A stretch of DNA of 21,150 nt from an uncultured Pseudomonadota bacterium (GTDB lineage Bacteria; SAR324; NAC60-12), in NCBI GenBank assembly GCA_913020725.1, contig CAJWCD010000060.1, positions 1 through 21,150 on the forward strand, given 5' to 3'. Positions within the stretch are counted from its first letter, which is position 1. Every line of letters starts with the position of its first letter. Below the pieces are notes generated by a model. The model was not told where the DNA came from, did not search any database, and worked only from the letters and a program-made list of their open reading frames with translations. This document shows, one piece after another, positions 1 to 8,017 of the stretch. Both the position numbers and the translations under genes were made by a program.

Positions 1-91
1 TCACTCGAAGCAACCTTCAATGGGGATGATCCGCTGATGGGACTGGACATCTGAGGACTCAAACAACCCTCCTTGAGACCTGAATAGTTAC
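1..91 (+). mobile_element. 3' end of a putative IS66-family element: transposase C-terminus (1-54) and right terminal inverted repeat (80-91)
   Basis: Frame 1 reads SLEATFNGDDPLMGLDI* (stop 52-54), resembling the C-terminus of single-ORF IS66 transposases. CTGAATAGTTAC at 80-91 is the reverse complement of GTAACTATTCAG, and IS66 ends start with GTAA. PIN-domain similarity begins immediately after it. Confidence 0.55.
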
Positions 92-307
92 CTTTCAGAA
101 CACATTGCAGAGCGAGCCATCAAGTTGCGGAGCGAACTGCCGATCAAGCTGCCCGATGCCGTGATTGCTGCAACCGCGTTGGTCTTGCGAGTCCCGTTGC
201 TGACTCGTAACCATCGTGATTTTCAGAAGATCCCCAACCTGACTCTCCCTTGGAACCTCCACCTCTATAAAGTTTGGGTAGTTTCGTGGCGGTTCCACTG
301 TGTTTGA
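92..307 (+). pseudogene. vapC: C-terminal half of a PIN-domain (VapC-like) toxin gene, 5' part missing
   Basis: In-frame LSEHIAERAIKLRSELPIKLPDAVIAATALVLRVPLLTRNHRDFQKIPNL carries the PIN motifs KLPDAxIAATA and LLTRNxxDF. In-frame TGA at 74-76, and no N-terminal DTN motif or start. Confidence 0.8.
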
Positions 308-348
308 ACCGTCTGATTTCACGATTTCAAGGGTTCTGGTCAGAAGCA

Positions 349-1044
349 TCACATGATTCCAAAGGTCTGGAAGGCATCCACGGTGCTCATGCCGTTGCGA
401 ATGGCCTGGGCGACTTGTTTCTCACCACGCGCTTTTTCAAGGGATTTGGCGATTGTTTCTGCTTCCGCCTCCCGGGGAATGATGAGAACGCCTTCATGAT
501 CAGCAAACAGCAGCGAACCGGGTTCAATGCGGACGCCGCCGATTTCCACTGGAACTCGGAAGTCGATGACCTTGCCACGCGGGCCTTGGTCCTGGGCGTA
601 CTTGCCGATGCAAAAAGTCGGGAAGTTCAATGCCAGTATGCCCCGAGTATCACGGGCGAATCCATTGACCAAGACGCCGGCTGCCCCCAAATTCGTCGCC
701 CGGATCGTCATCAGTTCGCCCCACAACGCGTAGCTCGGTGAAGCTCCGGTCGCAACGTAAACCTCGCCTGGCTTCAGATCATCGAGTGCTTCGAGCATCA
801 ATCCAAACGGCTTGGCTGCCAGTGGCCCCGCCGTTCCTGTGATGCTCTCAGCAAAGACATCGGCCTCAAGAACTGGCATGGCGCGGCCGACCAAAACCAT
901 ATCGTCACGCAGTGGGCCGATATTTGGTGGCAGGAATTGACGGAGCAACCCCAGTTTGTCCATGACATCGCCGATAACGGCGGTGAACAACTCTCGCTTC
1001 ATCAAGGCGAAGAGTTCCGTATCGTTCGTGTACGTTTTCGTCAT
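349..1044 (-). CDS. RraA-family protein / HMG-CHA aldolase-like (demethylmenaquinone methyltransferase-like fold)
   Basis: Motifs TAVIGDVMD, VGRAMP, ALWGELM, GFARD, IEPGSLLFADHEGVLIIP. ATG at 1044 with upstream GGGAGA preferred over GTG at 1071. Confidence 0.85.
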   Translation of the reverse strand: MTKTYTNDTELFALMKRELFTAVIGDVMDKLGLLRQFLPPNIGPLRDDMVLVGRAMPVLEADVFAESITGTAGPLAAKPFGLMLEALDDLKPGEVYVATGASPSYALWGELMTIRATNLGAAGVLVNGFARDTRGILALNFPTFCIGKYAQDQGPRGKVIDFRVPVEIGGVRIEPGSLLFADHEGVLIIPREAEAETIAKSLEKARGEKQVAQAIRNGMSTVDAFQTFGIM

Positions 1045-1111
1045 CTCATTTCTCCCGCAATTTGATTGCACTCATGGGTTGTATTCGCAGTTTGATCGCA
1101 ACGGAGGGGTC

Positions 1112-1140
1112 TTGAGCTTTCTCAAGGAAACCTCTAAATT
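1112..1140 (+). promoter_or_regulatory. Candidate sigma70 promoter for tRNA-Arg
   Basis: TTGAGC (1112-1117), 17-nt spacer, TAAATT (1135-1140), about 50 nt upstream of the tRNA. Confidence 0.3.
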
Positions 1141-1189
1141 GTTGGACTGACTGCTGGAATTGCTTGATCCAAGCCGATTCCGGGATCCA

Positions 1190-1265
1190 GCTCCCATAGT
1201 TTAACAGGATAAAACGGCGGTTTCCTAAACCGCAGCTCGGGGTTCAAGTCCCTGTGGGAGCACCA
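1190..1265 (+). tRNA. tRNA-Arg (anticodon CCT)
   Basis: 76 nt. Acceptor stem GCTCCCA/TGGGAGC, anticodon arm GCGGT-TTCCTAA-ACCGC, T arm CGGGG-TTCAAGT-CCCTG, discriminator A and encoded CCA. Confidence 0.96.
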
Positions 1266-1275
1266 CGCCTTCAGC

Positions 1276-1550
1276 CTGCTCTCAGACACTCATCCGGCAG
1301 GACGATCAAAGGCGAGGCTACTGAAGCATCTGGGTTATACACGGGCCAATGCCAAGGATTTGGAAACGGCCCTTTTGAGATCGCTACGAACGGAGTGTTG
1401 TGGGGCACGGTTTCGGTGGAGCAAGGAATCAAGTATATTGTTGACGGGAACTTGCACACGACGACAGGACGCAAGGTGCCCTTTCGTACCGTGTGGATTG
1501 TGGAGCAAGACACTCCCCCACGCTTGGTTACGGCCTACCCCTTGAAGTGA
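1276..1550 (+). pseudogene. DUF6883-family protein, 5'-truncated and frameshifted
   Basis: Frame 1 reads LLSDTHPAGRSKARLLKHLGYTRANAKDLETAL. At the T4 run (1373-1376) it shifts to FEIATNG...GIKYIVDGNLHTTTGRKVPFRTVWIVEQDTPPRLVTAYP. The HPxGxxKAR, RTVWI and PRLVTAYP motifs are typical of the family. No start codon in the first frame. Confidence 0.75.
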
Positions 1551-1558
1551 GGAGTCTC

Positions 1559-1809
1559 ATGAACGAACTGAACTTGGTGGAACTGAAACAGGAATTGATG
1601 GAATACGGCCTGAAGGTTGGGGATGTCGGCACGATCGTCCATTGCATGCGGGAGAACGCGATTTTGAGGTGGAGTTTGTCCGGACGGACGGTTACACGCA
1701 GGCGTTGCTCACACTCTCGATTGATCAAATTCAGCCGCTGGAGCAGCCGGGCATCCTCCATGTCCGTTCTCTTGACAACCAAGCTGCTGTGTCGCAGGAC
1801 TCATTCTGA
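1559..1809 (+). pseudogene. DUF4926-family protein, frameshifted
   Basis: GGAG RBS and ATG 1559 give MNELNLVELKQELMEYGLKVGDVGTIVHC. One base is missing at about 1646, then AGERDFEVEFVRTDGYTQALLTLSIDQIQPL...SF* (TGA 1807-1809). GLKxGDVGTIV and EVEF are family motifs. Confidence 0.8.
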
Positions 1810-1907
1810 CTGGGCAGGTTCGATTTCGTTGGTCCTGAAGCTCTGTTGGAGGGAACTCCGCGCCATTAGGAAATACCCTGGAACCCTTGTGACCTCACTT
1901 TGATTTC

Positions 1908-4046
1908 ATGAGCAACACCACCTACACGACCGCAGGCGGCATCTGCATCGAGAAGCGAGTCACGCCGCTGGAAACCAAACACGCGCTAGACAAGGTGTAC
2001 CAGTACATTGACACGCACAAGGGGGCGCTGTTTGTCAGCAACTACGAGGTGCCTGATCGCTACTCGCGCTGGGACTTGGGCTTCATTCATCCAGCGTTGG
2101 AGTTGGTCACGCGCCAGCGGCATTTCGAGTGGAACGCGCTCAACCCCAACGGCACAAAACTGCTGCGGTTGATTGCCCCGGCCTTGCGCGGGCATCCGCA
2201 TCTGGAAACGCTGGTGGAGCATCCGGAGCAGGTTTCCGGCACGGTGAAGCCGATGCCCGACTTCTTCCCGGAGGAGGAACGCAGCCGCCAACCCAGCGTG
2301 TTCTCCGTGATCCGCTCGCTCTGTGAACTCTTTCGCAGCGAGGATTCCTACCTCGGCCTCTACGGCGCCTTCGGCTACGACCTCGTGTTGCAGTTCGAGG
2401 AAATCGCCACCCGCCACGCCCGTGACCCGGAACAGGTGGATTGCCACCTCTTTTTTCCTGTGGAACTCGTCGCGGTGGACCGCCAGAAGGAGGAGGCGTT
2501 CCTGCTGCAATACCACATCCACACGCCGGACGGCCTCACCGAAAGTTGGTGGAACACGGGCGCAGAGTGCCCACGGGCTTCCGGAACAGCGGACGGACAG
2601 ATTCACTGCGACCACGAACCGGGAGCGTTTCAGCAAAAAGTCGAACGCATCCGCGAGGGCTGCCAACGCGGGGATTTCTTCGAGATCGTGCTGTCGCAGG
2701 CGTTTTCGACCGGATTCAACGACACACCTTCCGCGCTCTTCCGGCAAATCTGCGAGCGCAACCCTAGCCCCTATAGCTTCCTCATCAACATGGGGGCCGA
2801 ACAAATCGTGGGTGCCTCACCGGAAATGTACGTCCGCATCAGCGGCAACCGCTTCGAGACCAGTCCGATCTCTGGAACCGTGCCCGTCGGCGGTGATCCG
2901 ATGGAAACCGCCGAGCGCATCAAAACCCTGATTTCTTCAGAAAAAGAGGAATCGGAATTGACGATGTGCACGGACGTGGACCGCAACGACATGGCCCGCG
3001 TCTGCAAACCCGGCACAGTGAAATTGCTAGAACGGCGGATGCTGGAGCGTTATTCCCGGCTGATCCACACCGTGGATCACGTTGAGGGCGAACTGCTGGA
3101 CGAGCGCGACGCGCTGGATGCGATCCTCACCCACATGTGGGCCTGCACCGTCACGGGATCACCCAAACCGATTGCTATGCAGACCATCGAGGATTTGGAA
3201 CTGTCGCCGCGAGGGTGGTACAGCGGCTGTATCGGTTTTCTCTGGTTCAACGGCTACGTCAGCACGGGCATGACGCTGCGCACCGTCCACCTCAAGGACG
3301 GCACCGCCACCGTGCGGGCGGGCGCGACGCTGCTCTACGATTCCGACCCGGAAGCCGAGGAACGTGAAACGCGTATCAAGGCATCGGCTTTCCTCGAAGC
3401 CACGCTCGGACAGTCGAACTCCACAGGCGCAGCGGACGGCGCTTTGCCGCAATCCGGCAAGGACCGCACGGTGCTTTTCGTGGACTACCACGACAGCTTT
3501 GTCCACACGCTGGCAAGTTACGTCCGGCAGACCGGAGCCAAGGTGATCACGCTGCGGGCGGGCTTTCCGGAGTCCATGCTCGATGAAATCCAGCCCGATC
3601 TCGTCTTCCTCTCTCCGGGACCGTTCACGCCGTCCGAACAGGGCGTGCCACAACTCGTCAAAGCCGTGGTGCAGCGTGGGCTTCCGCTCTTTGGGGTCTG
3701 CCTCGGGCATCAAGGAATCGCCGAGCATTTCGGGGCAAAACTGGGCACCTTCGAGCATCCGGTGCACGGCAAACCCTCTGAGGTACAGCACAACAACTCC
3801 GGGATTTTCTCAGGACTATCCAGCCCTTTCACGGCGGGTCGTTACCACAGCCTTTTCGTGAAGCGCGAGACGCTTCCGGAGGAACTGGAGGTGACGGCAG
3901 AAACCGAGGATGGTGTGATCATGGGCTTGCGGCACAAAGCTCTGCCGATTGCCTCCGTGCAGTTTCATCCTGAATCCATCCTCAGTCTCAAGGACCGCTC
4001 CGGTTTGCGCTTGCTTCAGAAGGTGCTGACGGAGCTGTGCCCTTGA
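1908..4046 (+). CDS. trpEG: Fused anthranilate synthase component I + II, TrpE(G)
   Basis: 712 aa. Chorismate-binding motifs NPSPY, GASPE, PISGT, EESELTMCTDVDRND, TVTGSPK, RAGATLL. C-terminal GATase with SPGP, GVCLGHQ, GRYHSL, QFHPES. Confidence 0.93.
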   Translation: MSNTTYTTAGGICIEKRVTPLETKHALDKVYQYIDTHKGALFVSNYEVPDRYSRWDLGFIHPALELVTRQRHFEWNALNPNGTKLLRLIAPALRGHPHLETLVEHPEQVSGTVKPMPDFFPEEERSRQPSVFSVIRSLCELFRSEDSYLGLYGAFGYDLVLQFEEIATRHARDPEQVDCHLFFPVELVAVDRQKEEAFLLQYHIHTPDGLTESWWNTGAECPRASGTADGQIHCDHEPGAFQQKVERIREGCQRGDFFEIVLSQAFSTGFNDTPSALFRQICERNPSPYSFLINMGAEQIVGASPEMYVRISGNRFETSPISGTVPVGGDPMETAERIKTLISSEKEESELTMCTDVDRNDMARVCKPGTVKLLERRMLERYSRLIHTVDHVEGELLDERDALDAILTHMWACTVTGSPKPIAMQTIEDLELSPRGWYSGCIGFLWFNGYVSTGMTLRTVHLKDGTATVRAGATLLYDSDPEAEERETRIKASAFLEATLGQSNSTGAADGALPQSGKDRTVLFVDYHDSFVHTLASYVRQTGAKVITLRAGFPESMLDEIQPDLVFLSPGPFTPSEQGVPQLVKAVVQRGLPLFGVCLGHQGIAEHFGAKLGTFEHPVHGKPSEVQHNNSGIFSGLSSPFTAGRYHSLFVKRETLPEELEVTAETEDGVIMGLRHKALPIASVQFHPESILSLKDRSGLRLLQKVLTELCP

Positions 4047-4214
4047 CCCGGCCCGCGAACACCGAGTTATTTTTTGCCACAGATTTTCGTGGATAAAACG
4101 CCTGAGTTCAAATCGTTTCGGATCCGTAGAACGTTATGCTTAAAGGCGCCATTCGTTGAAGCAAAGAGACTGGCTGAGGCCTTGGGCTGAAAAATTGCGC
4201 ACGAGCCTCCGCAC

Positions 4215-4782
4215 TCACTCCGCCCAGAGCGCAGAGAGCGGAAAAGTGATCGCGTCAAACGGTGCAACACGGATTTCATCGTTTCCTCCGTAACTCCCCA
4301 GCAGAGTCCATTGCCCGTCTTGCAGGGCAAAGGCTTCCAACAGCTTGATTTTCTGGTCCACCAGCCAGCAGTGGGCAACTCCGAATTCCACATAAATTGG
4401 GAGCTTGAGGACACGATCCGTGCGAGCCGTGGAGGGCGACAGCACTTCGCACACCCAATCCAGAGCGAGTTCGAAATAGGCGGTTTCCGGGATTTTCGGC
4501 AGCCGCTCCCTGCACCAGCCTGCAAGATCGGGAACCAGCACATGCTCGCCAAGATGCATCTCCGGCTCGTCCAGAATCCACCCGCCGCCAGGGCCGCCGC
4601 GCCCCTTGTGGAAAGGGCTGACCAGTTCATCGCCAATTGACGAAGACGTGACTGCATGACTCGGAGTTGGTCGGGGGTGCGTGTGCAGTTCCCCGCAAAG
4701 GATTTCTGCAACCAGTGGTTCCGGAACCGCAAGCAGGTCGGCGTATCGCTTGCGGCTCGATTGTTGTGGCTAAGGAACTCAT
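4215..4782 (-). pseudogene. Uma2-family (PD-(D/E)XK) endonuclease, frameshifted near the 5' end
   Basis: CAGGAGG RBS and ATG 4782 (MSSLATTIEPQA). Frame change at about 4746 into YADLLAVPEPLVAEILCGELHTHPRP...ILDEPEMHLGEHVLVPDLAGW...DWVCEVLSPSTARTDRVLKLPIY. Confidence 0.8.
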
Positions 4783-4898
4783 GGAGCCTCCTGTGTTGTT
4801 GATGGGCAAGAGGTGGAGCTTCAACATTTACCGAACTTTGGCCGAGAACCCCAGTCGAAGATGAAAGCGGCGTGGTCCAGCAAACTGCGGGAGAGGAC

Positions 4899-4931
4899 AA
4901 GAGACAAGAAACCCGCAAGCTGTTGCGGGTT
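4899..4931 (-). terminator. Rho-independent terminator downstream of nuoL
   Basis: 9-bp perfect stem AACCCGCAA/TTGCGGGTT (4910-4931) with a 4-nt loop, followed on the minus strand by T-rich TCTTGTCTCTT, about 50 nt after the nuoL stop. Confidence 0.7.
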
Positions 4932-4978
4932 CTGCATTCAAGCTGAAAAGGTTTTGTGAAACTGGAAGGTCTCGTGTG

Positions 4979-6886
4979 CTAGAGCAGCACAAATCCGAGG
5001 ATGAGCATGGCTCCCAACGAGAAGATGAGCACATAGCTCTGCATCATCCCGTTTTGGGTGAGGCGCAAACCACTACCGATTCCACGGGCGACATTTCCGG
5101 GCAGCATCACCAGCCGATCAATGATATTTTGGTCAATCAGTTTCCAGAGTACGAAGGTGGAAAACAGTTTTGCAGGCACGACGATGACGGCGTTGTAGAT
5201 TTCATCCACATACCACTTGTGGAGAGAGAGCCGATACGCCAGTTGAAAACGCTCGCGGAGGATGGCTACGGCTTCAAGGCTCGTTGCGTAGTAGCGCCGA
5301 GCTAGTGACCAAGCAATGATTGCAAGCAAAACGGAGGCGATCATCAGCCCAACCTCTGCGGCGGCGGAACCATGGCTGGTTCCCGGAACTTGCGCGAAGA
5401 AGCCCTCGAAGTAAAGCTCTATGCCGTTGGGCAGAAAATTCAGGATGTGGGGAACCCCGAAGAAACCTCCAAACACAGACAGCACTGCAAGGATCACGAG
5501 CGGCACCGTCATCACTGCTGGAGATTCGTGCAAATGTTCAGCAATGTGGGCATCCACCCGGGACTCCCCGTGGAAGGTGAGGTAGATGAGCCGGAACATA
5601 TAGAACGAGGTCAACCCTGCGGTGACAAAGCCGACCAACCAGAAACCTCCGCCCCCCAAGGGTGAACTGAACGCTTTCCAGAGGATTTCATCCTTGCTGA
5701 AGAATCCGGAGAAAAAGGGAATGCCTGCAATCGCCAATGTGCCCATCAGCATTGTGAAGTAAGTCACAGGCAGTTTTCTGCGCAGTGCGCCCATGCGCAT
5801 CATGTCCTGTTCGTGGTGCATTGCATAGATCACTGATCCGGAACCGAGGAAGAGCAACGCTTTGAAGAAGGCGTGGGTCATGACATGAAAGATACCTGCG
5901 GAGAACGCCCCCACCCCAAGTGCGAGGAACATGTAACCCAACTGGCTGACGGTGGAGTATGCCAACACACGCTTGATGTCTGTCTGCGTGAGCGCAATGG
6001 TCGCCGCCAACAAGGCTGTGGCTGCACCAATGACTGCGATCATGTTCATCGTGAAGGGCGCCAGCACGAAGAGGTGGCTGAGTCGAGCGATCATGTAAAG
6101 TCCCGCCGTCACCATCGTTGCGGCATGGATGAGCGCGGAAACCGGAGTCGGCCCCTCCATTGCGTCCGGAAGCCAGACATAGAGCGGAATCTGCGCGGAT
6201 TTTCCGGTGGCTCCAAGGAAGAGGAAAAGTGTGATCACCGTCACCAAAATGCCTCCGGCTTCCAAGCGCGAGGCGGCTTCGGCGTTGACCATATTGAAAT
6301 TGAGAGTGCCGAAGGTGATGAAAATCAACATCACGGCAGAAAGCACTCCGAAGTCACCCACGCGGTTGAAGAGGAACGCCTTCTTAGACGCCTCAGCAGC
6401 CGAGTGTTTCTCGAAATAGTAGCCGATCAGCAGATATGAACAGAGGCCCACCCCTTCCCAGCCGACGAACATCAGCAAGAAGCTGTCGCCCAACACGAGA
6501 ACGAGCATGAAGAAGATGAAGAGGTTAAGGTAGGCGAAGTAGCGGTAGTAGCCCGCTTCCTCCCCCATGTAGCCGATCGAATAAACGTGGATGAGAAAAC
6601 CCACGCCCGTGATGATCAGGAGATAGAGTCCGGAAAGCTGATCAACCTGAAAGGCAACATCGACCTGGAAAGCACCCGTCGCCATCCAAGTGTACAGCGT
6701 CTCCACTAGACGGTGTCCATCCGCTGCCCGCATTTCAAAGAAGAGGATGAGAGACTGCAAAAACGCAAAGCCCACCGCCGCCGGAGCGATGATCGTGACG
6801 AAACGCTTACCGAAGAACTTTCCAAAAAAACCGTTGAGAAGGAAGCCCAGCAGTGGAAAAGCCGGGACCAGCCAGATTTGAGACAT
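4979..6886 (-). CDS. nuoL: NADH-quinone oxidoreductase subunit L
   Basis: Polytopic membrane protein with GWEGVGLCSYLLIG, NRVGD, GKSAQIPLYVWLPDAMEGPTPVSALIHAATMVTAG, KRVLAYSTVSQLGYM, THAFFKALLFL. ATG 6886 lies just after the nuoK stop. Confidence 0.96.
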   Translation of the reverse strand: MSQIWLVPAFPLLGFLLNGFFGKFFGKRFVTIIAPAAVGFAFLQSLILFFEMRAADGHRLVETLYTWMATGAFQVDVAFQVDQLSGLYLLIITGVGFLIHVYSIGYMGEEAGYYRYFAYLNLFIFFMLVLVLGDSFLLMFVGWEGVGLCSYLLIGYYFEKHSAAEASKKAFLFNRVGDFGVLSAVMLIFITFGTLNFNMVNAEAASRLEAGGILVTVITLFLFLGATGKSAQIPLYVWLPDAMEGPTPVSALIHAATMVTAGLYMIARLSHLFVLAPFTMNMIAVIGAATALLAATIALTQTDIKRVLAYSTVSQLGYMFLALGVGAFSAGIFHVMTHAFFKALLFLGSGSVIYAMHHEQDMMRMGALRRKLPVTYFTMLMGTLAIAGIPFFSGFFSKDEILWKAFSSPLGGGGFWLVGFVTAGLTSFYMFRLIYLTFHGESRVDAHIAEHLHESPAVMTVPLVILAVLSVFGGFFGVPHILNFLPNGIELYFEGFFAQVPGTSHGSAAAEVGLMIASVLLAIIAWSLARRYYATSLEAVAILRERFQLAYRLSLHKWYVDEIYNAVIVVPAKLFSTFVLWKLIDQNIIDRLVMLPGNVARGIGSGLRLTQNGMMQSYVLIFSLGAMLILGFVLL

Positions 6887-6888
6887 GG

Positions 6889-7191
6889 CTACCACTTGAG
6901 CAGATTGAATTCGTCGATGTTGAGCGTCTTGCGGGTCCGGTAGATGGAGAGGATGATCGAGAGTCCGACCACCGCTTCTGCTGCCGCTACGACAATGATG
7001 AAAAAGATGAAGATGACACCCGTCATGTCGTCCATCGTGCGTGCAAAGCCGACGAAGGAGAGGTTCACGGCGTTGAGCATCAGTTCGATGCTCATGAAAA
7101 CGACAATGACGTTGCGGCGCAACATGACCCCCAGCACTCCAATGCTAAAGAGCAGGGCACTGAGGACGAGGACATGGGAGATGGGAATCAT
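6889..7191 (-). CDS. nuoK: NADH-quinone oxidoreductase subunit K
   Basis: 100 aa, [20 protein letters not shown] and [10 protein letters not shown]. Confidence 0.96.
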   Translation of the reverse strand: MIPISHVLVLSALLFSIGVLGVMLRRNVIVVFMSIELMLNAVNLSFVGFARTMDDMTGVIFIFFIIVVAAAEAVVGLSIILSIYRTRKTLNIDEFNLLKW

Positions 7192-7199
7192 CCGGACTC

Positions 7200-7712
7200 T
7201 CAGGAAACGCGTCGTTTAGCGATGATGACCGCCCCAATCACGGCGACCAGCAGCAGAATCGAAATGACCTCAAACGGCAGCACGAACTCCGTGAAGAGCA
7301 ACTGCCCGATGAGAGCGATGGAACCAATTTCCTGAATGCGCTCCACAGGATAGGCTCCGGGTTCGCCAAAGCGGATCGTCGGGTCCATGAACGCTGTGAG
7401 GATTTGGACAAGCAGCACTCCCGTGGTGGCGACCGCCAGACCTCTCGGCACATTGAGCTTGAGGGCGTATTGATCGTTGTCGTTTGAGGAAAGCAGCATG
7501 AGCACGAAAAGGAACAGCACCATGATCGCACCTGCGTACACCAAGACCTGAATCACCGCGACAAACTCGGCGTTGAGCATGACATAGATCGCCGCAAGGC
7601 AGAAGAAGGTACCCACAAGGCTGAGAGCGCTGTGGATGGGGTTCTTGAACACCAGTACCCCCAAGGCCAAGAGCAGGCTGGCCAAGGCGAAAACATAGAA
7701 GAAAACGATCAT
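7200..7712 (-). CDS. nuoJ: NADH-quinone oxidoreductase subunit J
   Basis: 170 aa, [44 protein letters not shown]. Confidence 0.95.
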   Translation of the reverse strand: MIVFFYVFALASLLLALGVLVFKNPIHSALSLVGTFFCLAAIYVMLNAEFVAVIQVLVYAGAIMVLFLFVLMLLSSNDNDQYALKLNVPRGLAVATTGVLLVQILTAFMDPTIRFGEPGAYPVERIQEIGSIALIGQLLFTEFVLPFEVISILLLVAVIGAVIIAKRRVS

Positions 7713-8017
7713 CCGGCTTTATTGGCAGTAGGGGTTTAGGCAGAAGCTGTGCGGAGATCGACGAGCGAGCGCCCGGAATCACTTGACTCGCCGGGGAGCA
7801 AAGTTCCGGCTAAGGTACCCACAAGGCTGAGAGCGCTGTGGATGGGGTTCTTGAACACCAGTACCCCCAAGGCCAAGAGCAGGCTGGCCAAGGCGAAAAC
7901 ATAGAAGAAAACGATCATCCGGCTTTATTGGCAGTAGGGGTTTAGGCAGAAGCTGTGCGGAGATCGACGAGCGAGCGCCCGGAATCACTTGACTCGCCGG
8001 GGAGCAAAGTTCCGGCT
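7606..8017. repeat. Perfect 2 x 206-bp tandem duplication (7606-7811, 7812-8017) of the nuoG 3' end / nuoJ 5' end
   Basis: Both copies run AAGGTACCCACAAGG...GAGCAAAGTTCCGGCT and are identical by eye. The duplication creates the chimeric 60-aa ORF 7736-7918 (NuoJ N-terminus + NuoG C-terminus). Confidence 0.95.

Noticed and set aside
1104..1134. Similarity of GGGTCTTGAG...GGAAACCTC to 21103-21123 (minus strand) as element ends
   Set aside because: Short and gapped, and the distal copy lies within transposase-like coding sequence. Likely chance.
1493..1903. 136-aa ORF
   Set aside because: Only its middle matches DUF4926. The rest is out-of-frame read-through after the frameshift.
4067..4918. 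283-aa minus-strand ORF
   Set aside because: Alternative frame over the Uma2 pseudogene and the terminator, with no family motifs.
7736..7918. 60-aa ORF as an independent nuo subunit
   Set aside because: Fully explained as a NuoJ/NuoG chimera produced by the 206-bp duplication.
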